Source: Balanoglossus misakiensis
Taxonomy: Eukaryota; Animalia; Hemichordata
Reading direction: 5' to 3'
Assembly: GCA_040954595.2 (NCBI GenBank)
Contig: CM082582.2
Coordinates: forward strand, 11,776,415 to 11,840,414
Length of the DNA stretch: 64,000 bases
Position 1 is the first letter of the stretch; each line of letters starts with the position of its first letter. The notes under the pieces are model-generated. The model saw nothing but the letters and a program-made list of their open reading frames with translations. It did no database searches and was not told the origin of the DNA. This document shows positions 49,977-63,000 of this stretch, piece after piece. A program made the position numbers and the translations under genes.

Positions 49977-52900
49977 GAAGGATGTCATTAATGAACAATG
50001 ATGTCAAGAAACTCTCCAATCATGTGAACTGATCAGGTCCATCTTTGGCCATAAGGGGCGCTGTTCACTTGAGGAAATCTAGAGGATTTGATTTGAGAAA
50101 AAAAAAAAAAGCCAAACATAGTCTCTGTGAGATTAATAGTTTAACTATCTGAAATACTTTTAAGTTTAAAGTAAGAAATCAGAAATGTGGCTATGTAACC
50201 CAAGTATACTACCCATATATAGCTTGGGTACACAGCTGATCTTGTATCTTTGTTTGTAATTTATTTTTCTGTTACATTTGTAGTCTTAGCATCTTTTTAT
50301 CGCACTGAGTAATATATATTGCTATGGTGAGTTAATTAACATGTAATTTTGTTGGTGAGTTTTAAAGTATTTTTAAATAAAAAGTGAAAATAGATTGTCT
50401 TTTCTGAAGTGTTGTCTGTTCTTGGAAGGTGGTCAGTCTTTTTCTCTTCTAACAACCAACAAATGCTTAACCCCCAAAATTTTCCGTACACTAGACAGGT
50501 TTTATTCCACAAAACCACGCTTTGTGGAACGCAGGAAATACAGACAGCTGGCATATTGAAATTGTACAATTACACAACATATTGTCCATAGAATGACAAA
50601 CCGTGTATGACAGGAAGTGGGGGACAATCACAAGTTTTATTCTCTGCCCTTTCAAAAAACTGCGCTTGGGTTTCAAATGGAAGGAGAGACATTGGCAATA
50701 ATGAACCAGTGTGAAAGAGCGGCACATCTCGTAAAAATTGACTGAACATAAAACATTTACAACATCAAATGCAAGAGGTAGTTAAATTTCAACCACCATC
50801 ATGATCTGGTGCATGACGGTGTGGTGTGGCTTTCTTGGTTATTTTTCAATATGAATTGGAAAAAATAAACCCACAATGCACCTTGGCACCGGTGTTTGGC
50901 AAGAGTGACACAAGAGGAAGCCAGCCAGGTTGTACTCTGTGATTGGCTTTTGTCAGGTTGATTGGTTTCCTTGGCAACGGCGTATTGAAACTGTCGAAAG
51001 CTTTGTTCCCTACTTAATAGAAGTCTCAACAAAAGAAGGCGCACGCACACACACACAACCACTACGGCTCTTTACAAACAGAATGGTGCCACTGTAGTGA
51101 CATTTGTGAGGCAGTGTTGTTTTGTCAAGGATTTTTTGAACACACTGTGTGTCAAAACACGGCCTGCGAATCCAAGTGGTTGACGAGCGAGCGTATATCT
51201 TCCAACTGAACGAACGGGACACAGCGGAAAACTGAGACACCGACACCCACTTCACCATGTATTTCAGGAACAGCGCATCTCAACATAAATAAACATTTTC
51301 CTTAAAAAGCAGCACAGTTTGTGCAAAGGGGACACCCATGTATTTATTTGAACTGCAATTTATTTCTGGCTCCAGTAAACAGTGCCTGATAAACTGACCT
51401 TATCCAGCGCCCAGGCTGTAAAAATTCCATTTTTAGAGCAAAGATCAGCTTTAATATGCCATTTGGAAATTTAATTACCAAGCGAGTGGTGCTAGTTTGA
51501 CTTGCGGTATAAATCTGCTCAACCTGCATTTGTGAACTTAGCGATGAAAATATTCTTAACAAAGCAGGTTTTTCCCCCAAAAAATCTAAGTTAATGTGTC
51601 ATTTTGTCCTGGCATGCCAACTACTCTACAGCAAAATTCATTATCCGTGTGTAATTCATATAAAAATCCAACAATAAAATCCTACACATTATTTTTTTTA
51701 CCAGAAATCAATTGGAATTCTGAAATGACTTCATCAATACACTGCATACTGAGATAATGCCCAAGCCCCCCCCCCCCCCAAAAAAAAAAAAAAATCCAAA
51801 ATCTTGCTGTCAATATTTAAGAGCATGCACAGACAGGAAGTATTAAATATTAAGACTGATATCAAAAATAGAGAGTCAATTTATTTTTAAAGTGGCTGTG
51901 TCTTGTGATAATAAACTAATATTCTTATCTCCCGCTGTGAATATGTGTATATATCAAGCGTATCATGACCAGAAGGGTCGATTCTGTTACAATAAAAAAA
52001 GATCTGTAATATTAAATTTCATGACAGCCCGGTATGGTAATATTTTTTCAAGGGGTTCTATTATTAATGTCATTTATTGTTGAAAATCCAACAGATTTTT
52101 TTTTCACATTTATATTAATACCCAGTATCTTTCATCAGTTATTTAGATTAGTCCGTGCTGAACTTGACCAGATCGCGGATTGACGTCAGAAGTGCCTATA
52201 CACAAGTGCCAAAATGCTTTTCATAAATTCTTTGTTTGTTACCATTTTCCCAAGAGTCCACCTGCTATTTTATTTCTAATCGAATCCGAGACAAATCTGT
52301 CGCAGATTTTGCAGTTTGAACAAAAGAGGTCAACTTCAAGGTCATTTCTCTCACACTCCAATTTTCATGTCACCTACCCAAGCATTCCCCAATGCAAAAC
52401 AAACATCCATCCAGATATGAACATGGGGGCAAAGGTCAGAGAATGTTCTCTACGTCAGTGTTCTTTTATTGAGCCACTGCAATAAATATTGGTAACAAAT
52501 TACACACACAGATAAAATATCTATATTTTTTGTTTACCCTGACATTCACACGCACACAATATTAAATCTTTGGTTTTACAAGTCAAAAAGGACACAACTA
52601 CAAATGTACGCACAAATCTGAAAACTAACATCACATTACAGATAAATATTTCAGTGCACAGAAAGTAAAATCTACTTGTTTGGAAATTAAGTACAGTAGG
52701 AAGTCATTAGTATTGCTGGATTTGGAAAAATGCTATTTTTATACTGACCGCCACTATCACAACATGAAAATGGACCAGTCCTCAATACAGAGGGGATTAA
52801 TCCACTAGCAGAATAGGGGTGACTCAGTTTTCCAGCTAAAGCATTTTGAAATTAAGTACCAACAGCTTGTAAGGAAATCTTGATTGAGGCCGGACAAACT

Positions 52901-55357
52901 CCCTCAGAAGGAGATACCTGTTTTGTGAACAGACCAACAACTCTGTTGGTTTTTCATATCACCAGTTGTGATGTTCAACTTTACAAGTTTATCAATATAC
53001 ATATTAAGCTAAGCCATATTTCATTGACTTATATTATCTTTTCAATGCGAAAACATTCTTTTTTCCAAAGTGATACAAATTTCTTGATATGGGACCAACG
53101 TTCATTTTATCTACAGCACAGCACACATGCGCTCTGTTCAAAATTAGAAAATGGATGACTAAGACACCAAAACTGGCCTGTCCATTTAAAATATGGAATA
53201 CCAATAAGTACATTAGGGGGACATCGCCATAGTAATGGTAGCTTAATTAGATATTAGTCTCATAGAGAGAGAGAGAATGAATTATTTTAAGTTAAAATAC
53301 AAGTCAAACATAACTGAAGAGTCTAGTATTTCAGATTTTAAGTCTAATGTCATGTACTACCACCATGCCCTAGTTTGCATAGCTACATTATTATTGCATA
53401 ATGATTAAGATTTGAATTTCGTTAAGAAGTGGAAATAAATATACAAAACACACCTAACAGGATATCGCAAACCAGGATATTTCACCGGAACTGTGGCTTG
53501 GTATTTCAAAAGCCAGCTGACCAAAACTTGTCATGAATAACTATATTTTTCCATCAAATGTAAGGTAATCAGAAACAAAGAGGTCAGGACTGCCAATGGG
53601 GGATTTTTTCATATTAATCCACAAAACTACTGGTTTGCAATATCTCACATAAGTTAATATAAAAGCACACTTCGATACTGGCACGAACAATGAGCTACCC
53701 TGTTGAGAAATTACTGGCTATGTTACACTCTTGCTAGGTTTTTTGTTACAGTATATGATACATAACAACAGAAGGTTACAATCGCTAGACATAAAAATTC
53801 TCTGTGCATGAGGTCAGACACTGAAGTTTTCTTTTCTCTAAATCCTCACGAGGGGACAAAGTAACAGACAGAGTATGACATAACCACACGGCTTGGTTTG
53901 TGCACTCAAGATGAACTTTAAAAACTTTAAGAATCTAATTCATGATTTATTGCAATGAAATGAAAACCACATTTTGTGACCATGTTCTGTGAGTGAAATT
54001 AGTTCATGTGTTCAAACCACTTTGTAAATGTGTTCACTTTTTTAAGTCAATGTGACCGATGTTTGGTAAGACATTTTTTGCAGAACTAATAAAAAGTTAA
54101 GTTTTTTTCATGTTTATGAATTTATGAGTTGATTTCAAAAAGTACAACTGTAAACAGACACATAATAAAATATGTTTTGTCTTCGTTTTAAAGCTTTGTT
54201 GCAGCTATTTTAGCCAGGAAGATCAACAGTCTTGCATTTTTTTTAAACAACAAAATCTACTGGTAAAATATAATTAAAAGACAGGAGTCTTGTGTGTACA
54301 CCGCTGTTTAGACATCATTGAAGAATCTCATTCCTCTGTAGGAACTGGCAACATTCTCATGAACAAAGCCTCAACATAACAGTCATAACATGCAGTCTTT
54401 GGTCCTTGTTTTTAGACAACCTCTGACCCTTGAATTTCTTTCCTACCCAAAGTTTTTGTTCAGAAGTTTGCCACTATAGTCTGCACTGTATTCTGAGCCA
54501 AACCTAAATAAAATCAGACCATACTACACAAGTACATGCACAGGCACGCTAAAGTTTCACACAAAATGTTCTCAGAAACACAGATACTAACATTTTTTGG
54601 ATCAAGTGGAAGAAAAATAATTGTCAAAGGTCTGTGAAATAATTAAATCAGACTTTGGACCCAAATGTTGTGTCACACCACTAAGAGAGAAAATGTCACA
54701 AATACACACACCAAAACTAAGACTACAATCTATCGCCATAAAATGAGATGCAAATCACATTTGCTCTCCGTCAACACCTTTCAGGCTCACATGCAGTATT
54801 GTGTACCGCTTTACTTAAGTCAATATAAGTTTTATAATGGGGGTAAGGCTGATGAGTAACATGCCCCACCTACATATAGTCCTCGCTATTTTCTATGTGG
54901 GCAGTGTGTACGCGGGGCACACAACTGTCGCACTTGTATAAATACCTACAAAACAGGCATTGAAAAGTCATCAATAAAATGCCCAAACACAGACTACAGT
55001 ATTAAGTACTGAAAATAAATATACACTAGTAGTGCTGTTTCATGTCATCAACTTTCTCTCTCTAATGATTGTCAAGAATACAATTGTTTAAGTTTCTGTA
55101 TATTAAAGATAGAGCTTTGTGAACATAAAAGTACTTTTTCTATAATCTTAAAAATTTTCTATTTCTTCTAAACATATCTTTTCTTTTAAAAATTTGGTTT
55201 CTCAGAAATTTTGAAGGAAAAAAAACCTGCTTCTTTTCTCAAAATGGATGGAAAGGTGTGTTTTTAAGTTTCTGTTTTTCCATTTTTTATAAGATTTTTT
55301 GAGGGAGACATGATTATTAAGGTTCAAAGCTTACTAAGACAACACAAAATGTCACAG

Positions 55358-57080
55358 TCAGAATATGGTTTCACTGGTCAGTTTGCTGAGATCGGTCAAA
55401 CTTCGATCCATGGCAGTGTCGGTATTTTCATTTGACAGGGGAGACAAATTTTCCATTCCGTTATTTGAGGGAAAACCGATGAGACTGAGACCTTCTTGTT
55501 GTCTTAGTTGCTGCTTTGTGTGTACTCTGTAGTGTTCTTTGAGGTTGCTGGACTGGGAGAAGGCCTTGCAGCAGATCTTGCACTGGTAAGGCCGCTCCCC
55601 GCTGTGGATGCGAATGTGTGCTCTCAACGTGCTGGCCTGTGTGAACGCCTTGCCGCAGTGCTTGCATTGGTAAGGCCGTTCGCCGCTGTGCGTACGCATG
55701 TGGCTCTTCAAGTGCTGGATCTGCACGAAGGACTTGGCGCACACGTGGCAGCAAAAAGGTTTCTCGCCAGTATGGATGCGCTCGTGGGCGCGCAGGTTGC
55801 CCGACTGGGTGAAGCCTTTGCCACAGGTGTCGCATTTGAAAGGTTTCTCCTGGTTGTGTATGCGCCTGTGCGTTTTCAGGTTGCCCAAGAGGCTGAAGCC
55901 CTTGCCGCAGACCTCGCAGTGGAAGCGGCGCTCCACCTGGTCACCTGCTAGCCCGTTATCCAACATGCTATTGGAACTGATTCCTGAGTTGTTGAGATGA
56001 TGGAACCCGGCGTTGGCCAAAGTGGAGAGGGCCAGGCCCGGTTCGCCGAAGGGTGCATATTTGAAATTTTTCATCTGTTGTTCCAATAACATGTTAAATG
56101 GAAGAAGGCTTGTGTCTCCTTGGTGAGCTAAGGATTTGAAAGGTACTGCGGCCACTGCCATGGCGTTGAAGCCATCCAACTTGGGAAGACAGCTGAGTAA
56201 GTTTTGATGTTCTCTGTCTGAAAGAGTTGCGGTTGATGTTGTAGTTGTCGCATTAACGGAAGAAGTTGACGCGTTGGTTTCTGAGTTGTTTGCAGTCATT
56301 GCTTCATCTTCTTTATCTTCTTGCTTCTTCAAGTTTGCATCTTCTTTCTTCTTCGACAAATCTTTGGCTTTGCCTTCCGGCTGGTAATCTGGGTCGTTTT
56401 CTTCATCGTCGTCATACTCATCCAACTTCTCATCAATGACCAGGTCATCTTCATCAGCACTCTCTGTTTTCTGCGAATCAGCGTCGGACAGCTTCTCCTC
56501 GAACTCGTCTAGGCCATTCTCACTTTGCTCAGGCACGTCCATGCTGTTGTGGTTTGAAATCATGGACAGCTTGTTGTTGTCATTGACCATCCACATAAAC
56601 ATATTCCACGGTGGCTCGGTGCAGACATCAGCTGTTGTTATTGGCAACCCAGTGGAGCCCGAGACAGCAACATCCTTGTCTTCGGATTTCAAACCCTCTT
56701 CATTGTAATCTCTAATGTATTCATAGGTGCCATAATATAGTGACTCCTTATCGCTCGGGTCAGATACTTTTATAAACACACTACAGCCCGTCAAATCTGC
56801 TAACTGATGGCACTATGGGTAAAACAACAAAATTCAGCTCTGATTATCCAAAACTACGTCATCAGAGCTTTGTATGACTGTCTTTTCTGATTGAGGTAAA
56901 AATTAGTTTAGCTAAAATAAACTACTTAACACAAAAAAGTGTCAGTGAGCCACATACCTTTTGAAAGATGGATTTCTTTATCTCGTCTGCAAAGATTGTT
57001 TTTGACAAACTGTTCTCTGGTTCATTTTCGTTAACATTATATTCCTTATTGCACTTAACGTGTTGGTTACCTTCGTCCAT
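55358..57080 (-). CDS. C2H2 zinc-finger protein (5 fingers) with an N-terminal MADS-box-like segment and acidic linker, 2 coding exons
   Basis: Exons 57080-56958 and 56812-55358 (phase 0, AAG|gtatgt..atag|TGC); an in-frame stop lies upstream of ATG 57080. Five CxxC..HxxxH fingers with [TS]GE[KR]P linkers. The N-terminus contains IKKSIFQKCHQLADLTGCSVFIKV. Confidence 0.9.
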
Positions 57081-57785
57081 CTTAGTCCTGTCCCCTTCCA
57101 CTGGCTTCCTGAAGGGAATTCAATTGTCGAAAGTCTTACTTTGTTATCGAAATGTTGCATTCAATAAGAAAAGGTTACTAGTATACAATTTCACACAACA
57201 GAACAGCGCCATTATTATTAACTCTCACAATTATGGAAATGTCAAATCATCACAAATTTTGACAGCTACAGTGGCACAAAAGAAATTATTTAGAACAGAC
57301 AAATTAAACTAAAAGAATAATGTAGATTTGAAATACCAAACGATTGAAAACTGCATTCGTTTTGTCAAATGGCGCCTGAGCATGCCTTCTCCTCAACACA
57401 AAGAAAATTGTCTAAATAATTCATATTCCGATTTTTAAAAAAAATTACCTCATAAAACTCCGTCAATGACCAAGCACACGAAAAAGTAGTTCACACGACC
57501 ATAAATGAGTGAAACTCCTAAAAACGACAGCGATATTTTGCCGAACGGAAGACGAGTAAAATGAACCGTGCCGTCGTTTTTACAGATCTTTTCACAATGG
57601 CGAGCACAAAGAAATGTAAACAAATGAAAACGTTGTCGTTGTTAAGTTTCACTGACAGATTGCAGAGACAATAAAATAAGAGAAAAGCAGAAAGATATTT
57701 TCAGTAAAAACTCAAAATCTTTGTCCTAGCACAAAATTTGCTTCTTAACTGCGACAAGAAAAGACGAGAGGAGAATGGAACGTAC

Positions 57786-57960
57786 CCACTGCCTTGCTGT
57801 TTATTTTTCAAACAACAACAAACACTTTTTTTCAGAGGCTGTCTTGCTGATCCGCCATCTTGGGTAATAGGTGAAAGGTTAGAGGTCAAACTAATTATAA
57901 ATTCGATCACGGAATAGTGACGTAAACGTCTATTGGTTTAGAGAAATATTTGTCCCCGCC
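57786..57960 (-). promoter_or_regulatory. Putative promoter and non-coding first exon of the zinc-finger gene
   Basis: YY1-type CCGCCATCTT at 57852-57861, CRE-like TGACGTAA at about 57918, ATTGG (CCAAT box) at about 57932; minus-strand donor G|gtacgt at 57786 and acceptor near 57178. Confidence 0.5.
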
Positions 57961-59028
57961 GGTCTTGTGAGTACTATTTGTATGTCACTCGCCCAGAATA
58001 AAAAGAGAAAATTGTTCTGAAAGAAAGCTGAATGTTACAAAGAATACTGCTGTAGTGGCAGTACCCGCACTTACCTGGCCCAGGTGAAAAAGTCTCGTGA
58101 AGAAGCGCTGACTCATCAAGATTTGGAATAAATTGCCAGATCTTTTGAAACTATTTAAGAAAATATCCAAGTCATCGAAATCGTCTGGCACTCAAGAAAG
58201 TTGCCAGTTGAAATTTACAATAGAGCGCCGCCTAGTGTTCCGAATTAAAGTTTGTAAGTCTACGTCAGTACTTGCCTGCGCTTTAAACAGTCTTGTCCCC
58301 ATGACAACTAATAGGCGATCAATTCCAGCTACGTACAAGCGATAGCGACATTTACATATGCCTGTTTCTTTTCCAAGAAGGATTCACATTTCCTCGCATG
58401 ATGTTCTCAGTGGCCAGGGGCAGCTCATATCACCAACACCACAACACAAATGACTTCAGCTGTTTGTAAAGAACCGCGTATGGCCAGGAGGTATGATTTA
58501 ACAGTTTGACTACTTTCAAAGCAAAGAACGAAATGACTTTATTTAAAGGAAAAGTAATTTTTGCCTAAAGTTGCAACTGGTAGCCGTGCCAAATGAATAA
58601 TATTTCCGGGCGTTCAGGCGATGAGATAAACTACGAAACGACGCCTACGAATACGTGCAATGCTTTATTTACCTTTACAACTTGATATAACATACAAATA
58701 CAGAATGGAAATAGTTTCGGGCGACATCTTTTGAACCAGCTTCTTCAATCTGAAATTACGAAATCGCTCGTGGGAATCATGAGTTGCAAAATGACATCCT
58801 TGAAAATGTGTTTTTCATCCAGAAGTTTCAGCAAAACACGACATGCACGTACCAACTTAACAGGTACTACAAAGTACAGAAAAATAACTTTATCCATATT
58901 TACATGACCATATTCTCTAATAGATCTCTCACAGGAGGGGGTAGCTTATTAAGAGTGGGCCTTAGATTTAACTAGGCCTAACACTTTTGAAAATTGAGGC
59001 CAGAATAAGAACTCAGCATCGATCGATT

Positions 59029-60063
59029 TTACTGCGTGAAAGATGGCCCAGCAGATGTTCCCGTCCCTGCATGTATGATGCTAATAGCTGTAACCTTGTT
59101 GCTTCTACACCTCAACTTCGAACACCTGTTCGTCGTCGTCAGTAGTTTTCTAAATGCACGGCGGAACTGGGGGCTCGTCACGCCGTACAGTATCGGGTTG
59201 ACGGCACTGTTCCCAAGGAACGGTACCGCCAAGCCGTACGGTGCGTCCCTGCTGTGGTCAAATGTCACGATGAACTGGTAGGGCGCGATCAGCATCGTGT
59301 AGGCGATGAAGACGCAGAACAGCGTCTTCACCGTGCTGATCTGGCGTCTTGTCACCGTGGGAGCCATCGTCTCGACTTGGCGTTTTGCCTCGCGTATCTT
59401 CAGCATGATCTTAACGTAGCAAAACAAAATTATCGTGTACGGCATAACAAACGTGCAAGACGCAACGAGTATGAGGTAGAAGAGACCCTCATTGGTTCGA
59501 TCAAATAAGCAAATTTGTTCTCCGGCGATGAAGTAATAGTGAGTGAAATTTAATAATGGCGGCAAACTGAAGACAGCTGCGGCCAGATGACAGGAGCAAA
59601 CGATTAAAATACTATTCTTCATTTTGAACACTCGGGTAAATATTATCTTTCGACAGACGCTCAAGTATCTGTTGATTGCTATGGCAACCATGGAGAAAAC
59701 GGACGCCGCTCCGCTCTGAATGAAAAAGAAACCATAGAGTTGACACAGCCAGTCCGTGCGACCAACAAAGATTCGCCCATCAGTGGCATAGCTGACGAGA
59801 GTAAGGGTTGACAGTATCGTGCATGTCATAATATCGGAAATGCACAGCCCGCCGATCAAGACTATGGAGGGAGTTCGCAGTTTGGGAAAAGTCGAGATAG
59901 ATGCTAAGACAAGAGAGTTTCCGAATAAACCAACGACAATCAGAATGCCCAAAAGCGACACCAGGAAATATTTTGTTGTCGCGTTCGGTAGGCTGGCCGC
60001 CACCCAGCGGAAAGAATCTACGCTAGTGTTCGTGAGTGATGACGTATTTGGAAATTCTGCCAT
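59029..60063 (-). CDS. Class A (rhodopsin-like) GPCR, melatonin-receptor-like, intronless CDS
   Basis: 344-aa ORF with 7 hydrophobic segments, N-terminal NxS/T sequons, GLFGNSLV, LCISD, TM3 Cys, AINRY (NRY as in melatonin receptors), FCYVKI, NSAVNPILYG..PQFRRAF. Confidence 0.88.
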   Translation of the reverse strand: MAEFPNTSSLTNTSVDSFRWVAASLPNATTKYFLVSLLGILIVVGLFGNSLVLASISTFPKLRTPSIVLIGGLCISDIMTCTILSTLTLVSYATDGRIFVGRTDWLCQLYGFFFIQSGAASVFSMVAIAINRYLSVCRKIIFTRVFKMKNSILIVCSCHLAAAVFSLPPLLNFTHYYFIAGEQICLFDRTNEGLFYLILVASCTFVMPYTIILFCYVKIMLKIREAKRQVETMAPTVTRRQISTVKTLFCVFIAYTMLIAPYQFIVTFDHSRDAPYGLAVPFLGNSAVNPILYGVTSPQFRRAFRKLLTTTNRCSKLRCRSNKVTAISIIHAGTGTSAGPSFTQ

Positions 60064-63000
60064 GATACTACATCAGATCGACGTTCTCTTGGTAAAAACG
60101 CAAGAAGTCTACGACCACTCTTCTCCAAGGAAATGACTGGGTTGATTTTTGTATGTTCAGATCATTACTGTCATATCAAGTTGGTTACCACATCTTCATG
60201 ATGACTGTCACCACAAACTCTGAACACCTGCAACACAGTAACAGAAAAAAGGTGTGAACTTACATGTTACGGACATGTACAATTTCGCTTGCCAGGCAAA
60301 GTTTATCAGGACAAGGACTTGTACATGTTTAGGGAGAGCCGAGACCAGTCTTTCCAAGCCGATATTGAAAGCCAAAACTCCGCATACAGGATTCTTTGGA
60401 ATTGTAATCCTCGGGCAAGAAATGCTTTTAAGACATAAATAAAAGATACGTCATATCTCACATCAAGGTGTTGGAGTTGTGAAGATGTAAAAAATTGTGA
60501 CCTCAGGGTATTTATGAGCTCCTTTGTGCGAAATATATGAAAATCTCGTGGGTTTTGTCTGTATATCCACAATTTGTAAGTCGCAATATACCGATACCAG
60601 ACTTTTATTCCTACAGGTTTTTTAATAAGACGTGCGCATACTGCCGTCAACTGACGGTGTTGAAAAGAAAATATACGGCGTTCGCTTGAGGGCTTTACGT
60701 GTTTACCTTCTCCGCTTTCTGGTAGATCTGTTGAAAGTCCACCATAAGACTATTTGATAGAGCGTCATTGAGTGTCAGAACCCGCGCCCGTAAAAAGTAC
60801 TGCCGCGAGATGTGGGAGGAAATCGGAAAAATAATTGTACAGAGAGCGTTCTTGGAAATCGGGATGTGTGATGATAGCCCCCCCCCCCCCCCCCCCCCCA
60901 TCCCTTAACAAGGGAGCGTTCAATTATGGGGAGCCAATCCATATGTTTTATGGTTGGTGTTCGCCGGTAACTTAGTATCTTGAAACAGCTAGATAAGATC
61001 CTCGGAAGTGTCACGTATTCTTGATCCTTTATTCGAGATCTTATCTGTCAAGATACACAGTGCTACCCTCTGGCAGCAAATTAGGAGTTGCGCAATTAAC
61101 GCGAGTTTCTGCGTCTTATACCGGTCACATCTTGTAGTGCACAGATGCCGCAAATTTTCTCGGCCTATTGGAATGTCAGCGACTAACCTCCGAATCATTG
61201 AATTCATACACTAGACGGCATGGCTTGTTATGAAGAGTTTTTGGCGCTGATTTTTCGCGGAAAAAGACAGTATACCATGCAGAATTGAACTAATTTCAAA
61301 AGATTACCAGCTGTGTTTTGTTATAGAATATGGAATTTAGACGCCACCGCGCGTGTTGAGCATCACGTTTCCAGATATTATTAGACTGAGGTATAGTTGA
61401 CTTGTTTGTTCAAAACATGCGTACCTATCTTACTTACAATGAAACCAAGAGTACGGGGAGTCTTGGAAAGAGAGGGTATTTAAAAAGTCTGATGTAGGAA
61501 TTGTGTATTTGTTAACATTAACAAATATACACAACTTGTTGACTATCAGTAAACTGGGCAGTTTGGGATAATATAGGGAGGAAAGCAAGAACATTGTTCA
61601 GACACAAAATAAAAGTAATGAGAAAATGGCCATAAGTTCAGATATTGGTTATATTGGCCATGTAAGTTATGGAGCGTCTAAAGTGTCTTCAAGTTCCACT
61701 GTCAAGTTAGTAGATGCATCGAAAAAGGAATCCCGAAGAATATATCACAACATAAAGAATTGAACTACTTGCCCATGGGATACTCATGAAATATTGATCT
61801 TGCTGATGTAACGTCAACTCATAAGACCGTTCTTACCAGGAGGCTCTCTGGAATATTTTACTTCGGGAAGTGTGGACAGTCAGCACAGACAAACGATCAG
61901 GTACCTACCTAGGTCTATACGTCACTGTTGCAGCTCGTAGTTCAAGCACCCCTCTTCTCACACCCAGACTGGTGATGCTACTGCCCTGCTACTGCTGGCG
62001 ACAGCTTGCAACGCTTTTGGTTTCAAGCTAGCACAGTGCGCTCCGTGGACTGCTTGCGAAGTCTTGTGTCTAAGTAAAGTGTCGTCTGTCGTATAAATTC
62101 GGCACCTGAGTTTGCAACGTGATTGTCGGCACAATCTGTTGGTGCAGATATTCTAATGATTCGTGATTATGCTAATCAGTATGCGCGTTCTTTGCATCTG
62201 TAAGCAAGGAGACATTGACTTTTGCAGTGTTTGTTTCGGATAAGAAATCATTGATGAAATTGTGCTTTTCAAACATGCTTCGCACAATTGAAGATGATGA
62301 CATTCTAGCTTGATCTCAAGAATAAACCATCTGTTGAAACCTGGCTGTATAGCAGAACTTTCGATAGTTACAAGATGATATAAAACATATTTTATGACAC
62401 GCGCATTGAACACGCCCACTTTTTGGGGGAGTATCCAGCTTTATGTCTAACATGTCTGAACTAAAATGAAAACGTCAACAACAACAACAACAACAACATT
62501 GCACTTTACAAATGCACAAAGCTACATGAAATCGAACCTAATCCCCAACCCATCCAAATTCCGTAGAAGTGGTACCACTTCTCATACAAGTCGAGGGCAC
62601 GCCCGGTCATTTTTTGGGATGAAAAACAGAGTTTATATGAGTTCACAATACAATTTCTCGGCGATACACCAGAGTACGGATCGTCCACGAAGGAGGACCG
62701 TGACGAATTGCACGTCGCTGTCAATTAATCAACCGCACGAGAAAGTGAGAATCGTGCAGAGACAATCATTCATGTTCCATGCCTGTGAGGTGAGTGCGGG
62801 CATACACAGATCTTACACTAGTTTCACATCCGAAGAAAATTGTTAAAGGGATTTCTTTGTCTTGCTCTTTTCACCGACAAAAACCTACTTTTCTTGACAA
62901 GCATATTACGATGACAAATAACAAATAAAAACTGTCACCCTAAATCAATAGTTTGTCGGCAATTGTGCCGTGAACCCGTGTGCCCTTTTTCGACAACAGC

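Noticed and set aside
55461-56000. Alternative-frame and antisense ORFs over the zinc fingers
   Set aside because: Typical shadow ORFs of GC-rich C2H2 repeats.
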